Source: Octopus sinensis
Lineage: Eukaryota
Assembly: GCF_006345805.1 (NCBI RefSeq)
Contig: NC_043015.1
Span: 13,268,001 to 13,332,000, forward strand
Length of the DNA stretch: 64,000 nt
Direction of reading: 5' to 3'
Part shown: positions 1-11,424 of the stretch, in pieces
Layout: each line of letters begins with the position of its first letter
Position numbering within the stretch: position 1 is the stretch's first letter
Position numbers and translations under genes: made by a program
The notes under the pieces: model-generated
Databases searched by the model: none
What the model was told of the DNA's origin: nothing
The model's input: the letters and a program-made list of their open reading frames with translations, nothing else

Positions 1-519
1 TCAAACAATAGGGATGCAAAGAACAAGGTATTGATTGCAATGTTTTTGTTCTTCTCATTGATTTTAGATGTGTAAACCAATCTAATTATCTAAAATTCAT
101 AAACTCGGTTTTCAGTTTCTTCATCATTCCACAATACCAAGATATTTCCTATCTATTTTACACAACTATTCGAGCACAACTTCTTTCTTCTACCAATATC
201 CATTTCCTTTATATCAAATTGACTTTCAGTAATTTAGATTAAATAAACCATTAAAAGTAAGTTCTGCAGAGTAATCAGTTCTATCTTCTACTGGTATTCA
301 ACTAACTTCTGTAAAGATAATTAAGCATAACAAGAAGAGGCACAGTTATAAGGTTTACTCAAAGAACTAAAATAATTAGTAGATTATAGTATAAAATGTT
401 CAGTATTTCGAGTCACTGTTTCTGTAAGCTAAACATAGAAGAGACTATATTTCATAGAACCTGACGCATTCTATTCTTTATGAAAGCATATAAACACAAA
501 TATTTTCTGAAGAATGACC

Positions 520-520
<1 letters not shown>

Positions 521-598
<78 letters not shown>

Positions 599-651
599 AC
601 ACAGACGCACATATACACACACACACTCACTCACTCACTCACTCACTCACA
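521..651. repeat. (CA)n microsatellite followed by (CACT)n
   Basis: Direct reading; explains ORFs 452..634 and 480..695. Confidence 0.95.
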
Positions 652-1101
652 CACATCTAAAGCGTCTTATGTATAGCCACTCAGTTATATATTAGTTCCT
701 ACCACATAATATGAAAAGCGCATTTAATGACGGCCATTACAGAACATCGTGAAAATAGAATTTGAACCAAAGGAAATGTTATAAGAATTAAAAATATTTT
801 CACCAATCATTAGTTAACAACATATAAAGAACGGAGTGTAAATCCAGAATTGGGGGAATCCGTTGAGGGTTTCTATCGATGACAAGTTAGTCAAAGAAAG
901 TGTGGCAATGATTAATTATTAAAAATAAACTACTGTATCTATTCGGGTATCAGGCACACTCCGAATTGATATAAAATAATCATTGAAAATATATCCTCTT
1001 TGTGTTTTAAAGCCAATAACACTGGTTTCTGATAGCAGAGCTTTCTATTCAATGTCTATGTAAATGGTATAACAGGTTATCAATGTATTTATAATTTTGT
1101 T

Positions 1102-1328
1102 AAAGTGGGGCAACGAGTCGGTAGAATCGTTAGCGCGCTTGACAAAATGCTTAACAGCATTTTCTCCGGTTTTACATTCCGAGTTCAAGCCTCGCTGAGG
1201 TCAACTTTGCCTTTCATCGTTTCAAGTTTGATAAAATATGTACCACTAGAGTACTGGGGTCGATATAATCGAGTGACTCATCGCTTCTATACTGAAACTG
1301 CTTGTTTTGTGCCAAAATTTATAACAAT
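1102..1328 (+). mobile_element. SINE family A copy (tRNA-like head; central gcctttcatcc...gtcgataaa...gtaccag domain; tail gtgccaaaattt)
   Basis: Aligns by eye with many copies in the window (9419, 9700, 19393, 54536, 56861, 60823). B-box-like gagttcaa. The central block resembles the MetaSINE domain (from memory). Confidence 0.8.
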
Positions 1329-1554
1329 CATCATATTAAAAGTGTCATATTCGCAAGGAAACGCTGTCACAGGAAGCTGTGTTTAAGATGAGATTGAGAT
1401 TTTTCTTTTTTCTTGATTTTTTCAATGTCTCAAATCTTTTTAAAATGTAACTTAAGGATAACCAAAGTCACAGTTTACAGTAATGCAACAGGGCTTCATT
1501 TATTAGTAATTAAGCATGGGAATTGTTGAATTATTGTTACTGTTACCTGTCCCG

Positions 1555-1760
1555 AAGTCGGCTTCGATCGAGCAGACTATAATCGTACGCATTCTGGCCG
1601 TGACAATCTCATCTTTTTGTACACGTATGACTACATTGTTCAATGTGCCTTCTCTCCTTTTAAAAGATAGTAAGATGTGATAAGATGTGGTTTAAAAGAG
1701 ATTTAACTGCTATTTCCAGCAGACTAAATGACTACGTACAACCTCCCTGCTTTGGCTCGA
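1555..1760 (+). mobile_element. Unclassified dispersed repeat (family D), degenerate
   Basis: Shared motif order gagcagac-ta-tgatc / ccagccgtgac / actacattatccaatgtg / gctatttctagcag also at about 22340-22545 and 58690-58850. Confidence 0.5.
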
Positions 1761-1879
1761 TTTTTATTGATATGTAGGTAGAAACAGATAACACAAATGT
1801 TAGTCAGATGAATAACATATCTAGGTCAGTATATCAATGTTCTGATTTTAAAACCTGACAAGGACCAGTAATATATAAG

Positions 1880-2760
1880 AATGAGAGCAATTTTCCCTAA
1901 GCACAAGACCTTGTACCAGATATGCTGTGATCGTATCAGGCACTTGGAAGACGAGTTTTTCTTCTCAACTGAATCAATTTTGCTTATATATGGAAAAAGC
2001 TGGAGTATTGCAAACTATTTCACCTCCGCTATATATTTCATATTTACGCTTATTTCTATAATACCAGATAAATACTTTTCCTTGTTTATCGAAAACTAAT
2101 GTAAATTAGTGGTTTTAAGATAAGCAAAACACCGATTTCTCATACTGGCCCTTGCATTGTTTTCCTTAGATGTATAGATGGAGAGCAAATTGTGCTTTGA
2201 CATTTTTCTGGAGGGTATGAATGATGTTATTGATGTGGAATATCTCCAACTTGTAATCGAACTTCTATTATTTCTTGTCAGATATTCCCGTTGTCTTTTA
2301 GAAGGAGCATTTTTACAAAATTATGATATTTATATTTCAAAGCAAGCCGAACTAATCTAATTCTTTTATTTTCATGTGTTTAACATATATTAACCTTTTC
2401 TACATTATTATCTTAATTTAGAGCAATGCAATCTTTAGAAATAAAGAATGCTCGCTAGTAATTTCGCCTTCAGCAAATTACCGATCGAATAGATATTCCA
2501 CCAAGAAGAAGAAGACTTTACAAATATCAACCATATAACTGCCATTTTGTTTTTGTTGCTTCCAGCGATAACAATGATTCGGAAACAATTGGAAAAAAAT
2601 CTACTGTTTGTTCTCTGAATGTTGCATTTCCTGCTTGCTGTGCAACAGGTTTCCGATAAAGAAAGCTAGAGATCGATATAGAGAATAAGTACTTGCCTAT
2701 AAAAGATATAGATACAACTAGAAGAGAATTTGATAGGTAATTTCGAACCAATAAATCTTT
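1880..2760 (-). pseudogene. Possible highly decayed Penelope-like RT/GIY-YIG coding remnant
   Basis: Only scattered peptide resemblances on the minus strand (LYRKP, RRNY..FI.K, QLFPY) with many stops. Weak. Confidence 0.2.
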
Positions 2761-5145
2761 CTAGTGGCGATGTTCAGCTATGCGAATGAAGGTAAACTCT
2801 TTTCGCAGCAGATGTTCGTAAATATACGAAAATCACAACAAAGTATTGTTCTTTTACCTATAAAATTAACTACACTAGAAAAACCAACATGAATTTTTAG
2901 GGTAGGAGACGCTTTAGCACAACCATTTTGATGTCGCTGATTCGATGCTGACTTGTATGACAACAGACGTTTTAATGTTTTTCTCGTATTAATGTTTCTC
3001 TCATTCTCACAACCTCAACTCCCCTTTTTCTCTCTGATTATCCATGTGAGCATCCAGTTAGGTTTGTATATTTCTGAAATGTCTCTTCCTTTCTTCTTCT
3101 CACCCTCTTACTCCTTCTATCTGTATGAGTATATTTCTGCGCGTATGTGCGTGTGTGAGTGTTTATCTCCAGTGCCAAAAAGTACTGTCACTAAAACAGA
3201 TTTAATATTGAGTAAGCAGTGCCGAATTGTCAGTGTCCAAATAGCTACATCCAATTGCCTTATTCTGGGACTTCAGCTATCGAAAGTATCGAAGGAGGGG
3301 ATATATTTCGACATGCCACCCCACTCCGGTTGAATTTCGATTCTCAGTTGATATCATTTCACTGACTTTATTACTGGAAAAATCATGAATCTCACACATC
3401 CTCGCTTTCTAGGCCTCTTGTTTTTTATATTAGTATTTGCTTTACAGCTTTTATTCTTTTCTGTCGCTATACTTTTCTATCGCTTTATGTTTTGTCATAA
3501 ATTCGTCTAGAAGGGAGTGTCATAGCATAGAAATCTCCTTGTAAAACCTAATTCGCAAATCCTGAGAATCTCATCACTCGTCATTTAGCCCGACCATAAA
3601 AACATATAAATGTTTTTTGCTCCATTTATATCCAACTAATAAACTATAAAAATGCTAACGATACAATTTATTACTACAAGGGACTAATTTTACTACTTAC
3701 ATAGATCATATTTTACTAGGTACAAAGGTTATATTTTATTAACGTACTAAGGTTATATTTTGGTAGCTACACAGGTCCAACTCTGAGTAAAACGATTTTT
3801 AAAAATAAGTAAAGTTAAACGTTTGTATTTTTTCCAAGGAAATATGCTGTATGAATCTTTATTTAACCAAAGTACCTAACCACAACGTGGTCTCTCGGCA
3901 TGCACGAAAAAGCAATCAGATTTCCCTTATATACTGTGTCAGAAAAAAACAAACTACGAAGTGCGGGGCCCAATTAGAGAATTGTCAATGGGGTTCTTTA
4001 CTCTACAAAACTGAAGATTAATATTTTATACTTCGTGTAGTACGTCAATCTCAGCCAAAAAGTGTTGATGCTCCACCATTAGCTACAATGGCATGCTAAA
4101 AATTCATCATAGCATCCTCCGCTCAAGCTTGTGCGTGGGGACCTTTCTTGGCGCGGGACACAATTTGAGCAAATCTATTAAATTGGCTTAAAACTAGCCC
4201 TGAATATAACACAAGATGATCATAACTGGAATACTTTTGTTTGTAAGTGTTCTTGATCAGAATTGACTACCAAGAGCTGGACAATAAAAGCAAGCAATTA
4301 AGCTAGGAATGTGATCCTCTATTCATACATAGTTACATATGAGCGAAAAGATGTTTCTAATTTATTTATTATCGGGGCATTGCTAAAAACCTTTATTATA
4401 TTCAACAAATTTAGGGTAAGTGAAACACCTTTTAGTTGTAAATTACTGCTTATTGCAATAAACCATACTACAGTGCAGTATATATTTGCAGCTATGTGGA
4501 GTGAGTCATTACGAGCCAAGAGTATTATCCATGGATTTAGAAAAACACAGCGCTGGTATGAACTGTAAACGTTTCTAACGGTGGTCTGAAGCTGTGTCAA
4601 ACTAATTAACTGTTAGCCTCAGAGACGCACGTATACACATAACGCAATATAATTAGAATTTCGAAAACGCCAACAAACAAAAGCTAATAAAAATGAATAA
4701 AGTAGGGAAAAATTCCTCTGCCACCGAAACACGATAATTATAGAAAATTCTAGTGTGAGAAAATATGACATAAATTCCAGGAACTTTCTAAGGAATTGAA
4801 GGACAAGTAATCTCTAGAGCAGTGTGACGTCAGAAAAAGGCTTCAGTTACTCAAATCCCCCGTGTTAATAATATTAAGTATGGTTTGTTCGTCTGTAGAA
4901 TTTGACATAATAAGTCTTAGAAGGCTGGCAACGAATATATGTATGTCTGAATGTGCGTGTGTACGTTTTCATGTTTATATACATGAATACGTACCTGTTT
5001 GCATATGCGTGCCCATGTTGGTGTATATGAGTTTGTAATATACATATATGCACATAGAGCATACACATATATTCACATTTATATATGCATTTACATATAA
5101 ATGTGTCTATATTTGTATGGATACCTACTCAAGCTTATGAATATT

Positions 5146-5335
5146 GTATGGCACTCCGTCGGTTTCGACGACGAGTGGTCTAGCTGATCCTGCTCGTGAA
5201 ATTAACGTGCAAGTGGTCGAACACTCCACAGACACGTGTACTCTTAACGTAGTTCCCAGGGAGAATCAGTGTGACACAGAACGTGACAAGGCCAGCCCTT
5301 TGAATTACAGGTACTACTCATTTTTGCATATGAGA
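5146..5335 (-). mobile_element. SINE family C fragment (3' portion)
   Basis: cctgctcgtgaaattaacgtgcaag...gtgacaaggccagccctttgaa...caggtac is shared with 23350-23600 and 24333-24598. Confidence 0.8.
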
Positions 5336-5445
5336 AAAACTGCACCATTACGCAATTCACTCTGTCAAAAATTTGGGAACGACGTGCTGTACTGCTTGGC
5401 AGTATTTCAAGATATTTTTATGTAATTTTGGTAAATTGATCAGGC

Positions 5446-5815
5446 GCAGGAGTAGCTGTGTGGCAAGTAGCTTGTTTACCAACCACATGGTTCCGGGTTC
5501 AGTCCCACTGCGTGGCACCTTGGGCAAGTGTCTTCAACTATAGCCTCGGGCCGACCAAAGCCTAGTGAGTGAATTTGGTAGACGGAAACTGAAAGAAGCC
5601 TGTCGTATATATGTATATATATGTGTGTGTGTTTGTCTCCCTCAACATCGCTTGACAACCGATGCTGGTGTGTTTACATCCCCGTAACTTAGCGGTTCGG
5701 CAAAAGAATCCGACAGAATAAGTACTAGGCTTACAAAGAATAAGTCCTGGGGTCGATTTCCTCGACTAAAGGCAGTGCTCCAGCATGGCCGCAGTCAAAT
5801 GACTGAAACAAGTAA
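5446..5815 (+). mobile_element. SINE family B, full length (tRNA-like head, CORE-like ggcaccttgggcaagtgtctt, internal TA/TG microsatellite)
   Basis: Head caggagtagctgtgtggcaag...ggttcagtcccactgcg; tail gactgaaacaagtaaaa. Near-identical to the reverse copy at 63553-63977. Confidence 0.9.
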
Positions 5816-6244
5816 AATGGTATATCTGTTAAAATGAGTAGTCAGTGTTATTTTCAATTTTGCGTAATTTAGACGACAGTATATTCACCGAACCCTGTGT
5901 GTGTGTGTGAATAAATCCGTATCTGACCGATCTGATTAATTTCAACTGCGGGCGTACATATTTGATATCGGTACCCCAGATGGCTATAGTCGACTAGTTG
6001 GAGCCTGTAAACTGATAAAGAACCGGTCTCTGAAATGCTGTTATACCAGCAAGGTCAGAACGTCAATGAGGCTCAATCGACTTTGTTCCTTTTATGCTGT
6101 AATCTTCTGAGATAATCACAAAACCATTGTTTCTAAGTGACCAAAATATAAACCTAAATCTATTACCAGAAACTCACTTTGATAGATCCTAGATTCTACG
6201 TCAGTTATTCGTAGATATTTTCTTTCTTACTGATTACAGTAGCC

Positions 6245-6435
6245 TTCTTCTTCTTCTTCTTCTTCTTCTTCTTCTTCTTCTTCTTCTTCTTCTTCTTCTT
6301 CTTCTTCTTTTTCTTCTTCTTCTTCTTTTTCTTTTCTTCTTCTTCTTCTTCTTCTTCTTCTTCTTCTTCTTCTTCTTCTTCTTCTTCTTCTTCTTCTTCT
6401 TCTTCTTCTTCTTCTTCTTCTTCTTCTTCTTCTTC
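6245..6435. repeat. (TTC)n/(GAA)n tract of about 64 units
   Basis: Direct reading; source of the poly-E/K ORF 6205..6744. Confidence 0.97.
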
Positions 6436-7129
6436 CAAATTGCTTAGCGGTATTTCTTCCACTTCCTTACGATCTGAGTTCAAATTTCGCCGAGGTTGTA
6501 TTGTTTTAATTGTGGCAATATCTCCATTACATACACGTGTTTGTGAACTTCTACTGAAACAAGAAGTGGCGATAAGAACTACTGAAATAGTTCTTATTGC
6601 CTGCAACATTATGTTGACATTCACAGAAGTAGTAATGATCAGCAGTCTAAGAATTCGAGTTATCAGCTGACGAGACACTTGTAATACGATGTTTTGCAAT
6701 ACAAAATAAATGAATATTGAATTATCCCTTGATCCTCTTTGCAATAAAAATGGTAATGAATGTGAGAGAAGGTAGGGGTGAAACGCATGACTAACTGGAA
6801 ATGGCGAGTATTTTGTGTAGAAACTAAATGAATGAAAATAATACTAGTGTTGCTTTGTGCTTAACTCATGCTCAGCCATGATCAGACAAGATATAATTAA
6901 AGGCATCCAGCCGTGATCATCTCGTGCTTTATATATCTGAGACGAAATTATCCATTACATCTATTACTTAGTATGGTATTGCAGTGCTTCGGCAAAAGAC
7001 TGATAAACTATGCACCAGGATTAAATGTTAGTACTGAGGTCAATTTCATTAAAACCTTTCAAGGTGATGCCCTCTGCATGACCACAGTCCAATGACTGAA
7101 ACATGTAAAAGTTAAAATAAAGATGATTC

Positions 7130-7480
7130 CTCGCCTTGTTTTATTAATCACACCTGTGTATAACAAAATTCTGAATAAATGTTTTTTAACAATATTCAAA
7201 CATTTGTGCTGATATATATATATATATATATATATAAATAATAAAATACAAAGTGGAGCAAGAACGCAAAACATCCGGACAACTAGGTAATACAAAAAGG
7301 GACAACAAAACATCCAGATAGACGATACAAAAAAAAAAACAAGGATGGTTCAGTCGAAGCCTTTTATCTTCAGTCAAGAACCGGATCATCCTCGTAATTT
7401 CGGCTGAATATATATATATATAATATATAAAACTTGGAAAATCTTCACCGTTCCCTCTCTCTCCTTCTTCCTCCTTGACT
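7130..7480 (-). mobile_element. Penelope-like terminal-repeat fragment
   Basis: Reverse complement shares gaggatgatcc..ttcttgactgaagat and gatgttttgcgttcttg with 53100-53340. Family assignment is inference. Confidence 0.5.
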
Positions 7481-7491
7481 CTCTCGTCGCT

Positions 7492-7559
<68 letters not shown>

Positions 7560-9367
7560 CATATATATATATATATATGTGCATATATATATATATATGT
7601 GCACATTATTAATCCTGGACAGCAAAACAAGTTAAGTTGTAGCATTTGAACAAAAGAAAGCGTATTTTTCTTAAGTACATATGTGTCGTTTCGCATCATA
7701 CAAGTTGTTTATCAACAAAACTTCTAATTGATGTGTAGAAGAGATTTCACACAAAGATTCTTACATGTAGTGTAATAATTGTCACTTTGAATTTTTGACT
7801 CCGTTTCTAGAGCCAGATTATTTTGTTAAGGCTTGTCTCCTTATAAGAACACTGTAGAGTAAAGTTTTACCTGATTTATTTGAGATCTATTATCTTCTTT
7901 ACTGAAAAAATGCTCTTCATATTTAAGGCTTCACAATTTATGCATCAACGACTTAAGATTACATTGTATAGCAGTTGGTAAAACGAGGGAAAATTTATCT
8001 CTGGTTTCTTTCTGACACTGTTATTTTTAAATTGCTGTCAAGCATCGTAGAGCAAGTGTATCCGCTCTACGAATTTGGTCACACTTAATTTTAATTCTTT
8101 GTAAGGTGGAAGTATAACCGTTTGATCAAACAGTTCGCAATCATGTGGTTCCGGGTTCTCTCTTACTTCACAGCAATTTGAGCAAGTGTACTCTATCATA
8201 GCCAGTGACGTAGCTAAAAAGGGCGCAAGGGGAGCGACCGATTGGCGTTTTTTTCAAAAATTGAGAAGTTTGGTTTGTGTGATGGCGCCTTTTTCATGAG
8301 CTCGCCCGCTTTAGAACCTGGCTATGTTTCTTCTCAAAGCCTCAGATCGACTAACATCTCTTGAGTAAATTTGAGTGGATGAAAACTGTGCAGAAGCCGT
8401 CGAATGGACTATGGTGTATTAGACATCTTTGGTGTATTAGACATCTTCTGTCTCACTGTTTAATGCCAACACACGGCTCTTGGTTGCAAGCATTCATATC
8501 TGATATCTAATTTGAAGGCAATCCTTCCTACTGCATGACCGCCACAGCAGCTTATTTTCTCTTTCCTGTAGTTTTTGCGTTATATATAAGGATTCACTCT
8601 TTGAAGTAACTAAGGCCATTGAGTGTATTAGGCTACATGTTTTATCTAGGTTTATATGTCGCCAAAATAATTTTATTTCACAGGAGTCGATTTTGCCTTT
8701 TTATCGCGGTTAGATGAAAGTCGACTCCAATCAACTTGGCTCCGTTCGTGTTTATCAACGTAATTTTTTTAAATTTCTTGCTTCGAAATAGAAAATAAAG
8801 CCATTTGACATTAATAGATTTTAAATTAAATATATAATCGCTATTTATAAACAGTATTTGAAAAATTATCTATGATTGCTGGCTTACAATAGAACAATCA
8901 TGATAACATATGAAATAAATTTATTGATAAAATGATACTAAATATATATCTGATCAGTTATAAAAAACAAGCAAACTAGTTTTTGCTAACAGCTCTACGT
9001 AAAAATAATTGTTTGTACTTCATTGGAATGTACAATTATTCTCCCTGTGTTGGTTCACGGAAGCTTGTAGAAAATCCTCTTCTTTGGTGTAACTCCGTAC
9101 ACAAACGTACGCACACACACATACACGTGTGTGCGCGTGTGCGCGCGCATTTATTCAGCGGATCAAAAGGGAAGAAAAGACGTGCGGGTCATCTAGCTTG
9201 ACTTAATGGATGCAATCGATCAGTTTCCCATGCATCGATACTCTAAACATGAGTTTTAGTTGCATTCAAGGAATTGTGAGATACTTTCACATGCAATATT
9301 TTGCATCAGTGGTCCTGCTACTTATTATTTTTGTTGTTGTTGTTGTTGTTGTCGTTATTATTATTAC

Positions 9368-9399
<32 letters not shown>

Positions 9400-9418
9400 T
9401 TATTATTATTATATTACT

Positions 9419-9633
9419 GAGGCGGTGAACCGGCAGACTCTTTAGCACGCCGGGTGAAATGCTTTGCGGTATTTCGTCTGCCTTTACGTTCTGAGTTCAA
9501 ATTTCGCCGAGGTCGACTTTGCCTTTCATCCTTTCGAGATGGATAAATTAAGAACCAGTGAAACACTGGGGTTGTTGTAATCAACTAGCTCCCTTCCCCC
9601 CAAATTTTAGGCCTTGTGTCTTCAGTAGAGAGG

Positions 9634-9686
<53 letters not shown>

Positions 9687-9918
9687 CATCATTATTATTA
9701 GCGACCTGGCAGAATCGTTAGCACGTCAGACAAAATGCTTAGCAGCATTTCGTCCGTCTTTACTTTCTGAGTTCAAATGCCGCCGAGGTCGACTTTACCT
9801 TTCATCCTTTCGGAGTTGATAAAATAAATACCAGTTGAGCACTGGGGTAGGTCGATGTAATTGACATACCCTCTTCTCTGAAACTGTTGGCCTTGTGCCA
9901 AAATTTGAAATCATCATT
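9419..9918 (+). mobile_element. Two head-to-tail SINE A copies (9419-9636, 9700-9918) separated and preceded by (ATT)n
   Basis: Both carry head, central domain and tail; (ATT)n at about 9357-9415 and 9634-9700. Confidence 0.88.
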
Positions 9919-10294
9919 ACCCCCACCTTAGCGAAGGTAGAGGTATTGTTTTCAGTTGTGTTTGTTTATTTGTTTGTTCGTGGACAAGATATCTCAAGAA
10001 CCGCTGGATGGCTTCGGATGAAACTTTCAGGGGTGTTTGGCCCTGTAACTGGTACGAACTGATTAGATTTTTGGATTCTAATATCCTTGGATTAGAATCC
10101 AAGGATTCTGGATTATTTTTCTGGTTCTTTTACTTAATTTTTGAGAGCGGTCGGGTTCATTTTTAGTATTCTCGTTTGTGAGAGCAGTCGAGTTTATTTC
10201 AGATATTCTAATTTTAAAAATCATCTCTGGCTAATCATTGACAGGGCGTTGGTATTGCCTTGGCGGAGGATTGCGCTCTCTGAGTGCTCTTGTT
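9916..10294 (+). mobile_element. Helentron/DINE-like non-autonomous element (HINE-like)
   Basis: 5' attacc..cc.ccttagcgaagg..gagg hairpin, then (TTTG)n; 3' ccttggcggagg...ctctctgagtgctcttgtt. Second copy at 49331-49862. Confidence 0.75.
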
Positions 10295-10309
10295 ACTACA
10301 ATTATTAAA

Positions 10310-10495
10310 GCAGCAAGCGGGTATAAATGTTAGCTCGCCGGGAAAAATGCTTAGCGGCATTTCTTCTGTCTTTACGTTCTGAGTTCAAATGTCACCGAGG
10401 CCTTTAATCCTTTCGGAGTCGATAAATTAACTACCAGTGAAGTCTCTTCCCCTGAAATTTTAGGCCTTGTGCTTTTAGTAGAAAGGATTATTATG
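10310..10495 (+). mobile_element. SINE A copy, degenerate
   Basis: aatgcttagcggcatttc...ttacgttctgagttcaaat...ggccttgtgc..agtagaaaggattatt. Confidence 0.8.
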
Positions 10496-10760
10496 GGGCG
10501 AGCGAAGGATAAGAGGTGTTACAGAATGACTGAAAGCTTGGGGAGGGGAAGTAACGAAATATTTTCATGTAATGCAACACAAACATTTAAATGGATAAGG
10601 TTTTTCTAAGGATGTGGGCAGTACTTGTCAGTACAATCTCTTGGATTTCTCTGAGACATGGTTCTAGGATCTTATCTAGATGTTTCTGACATCCCTTTTT
10701 ATCATACATAGGACATCTATAATAATAACAATAACAATAATAATAATAATAATAATAATA

Positions 10761-11314
10761 GCCCTGATGCAGTACCAGGCAGTGGCTCTCATGGCTTCTG
10801 ATCTTAACTGATTGGAAGTGTTATCATGTACATTGTTTTGTCTTGGTATAAAAGATGGGCTACAGCAAATATTCTGCTCAATACCACAGATTTGCTTGTC
10901 AGTTGTTTGACCTTAACCAGTTGAGCATGTCCCTTAGTGGCTGACGATATGTGCATCTCTGATCACGAGCAGAAGTAGTGGGGGAGCATCATAGCCATGT
11001 GTTGAGAGGGATTCTTTGGGGTTTGAATAGTTCACCTCTGGAAACATGGGTGGTTCTTTCAACATCCTTAAGCAACCCTTATTCAGGGACCGTTTGAGCG
11101 GGATGGGCTACTCAACCTGAAGAAAATTCTAACTGGGCCCCACCTGCAAGGTCATGTGCTGTTTATCTTGATATGAGATCACCATGTCGCGCACATATGG
11201 TTGTGATGCATGTGCCTGGTGTACCTTTATCAGACGGGTAGTCATGATGGGTATATTGGGCTTCGTATATTTTACCCCAGTGTCACTTTGATGGCATGAA
11301 CTGCTCTCTCACTC
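10761..11314. mobile_element. 554-bp unclassified non-coding element embedded in an (AAT)n array
   Basis: Sharp transition from (AAT)n at 10760 to higher-GC sequence and back to (AAT)n at 11315; no ORF and no TIR seen. Confidence 0.6.
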
Positions 11315-11345
<31 letters not shown>

Positions 11346-11362
11346 GCAGCAGCAACAACAAC

Positions 11363-11424
<62 letters not shown>

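Noticed and set aside
1-450. Possible degenerate RT motif on the minus strand (IGNILVLWN)
   Set aside because: Resemblance to YxDD-region peptides is too weak and interrupted to call.
6205-6744. 179-aa ORF with poly-Glu and poly-Lys
   Set aside because: It is the (GAA)n tract plus antisense SINE A sequence.
8410-8450. Short tandem duplications (18 bp here; also about 53941-53974 and 60309-60343)
   Set aside because: Ordinary slippage duplications with no further structure.
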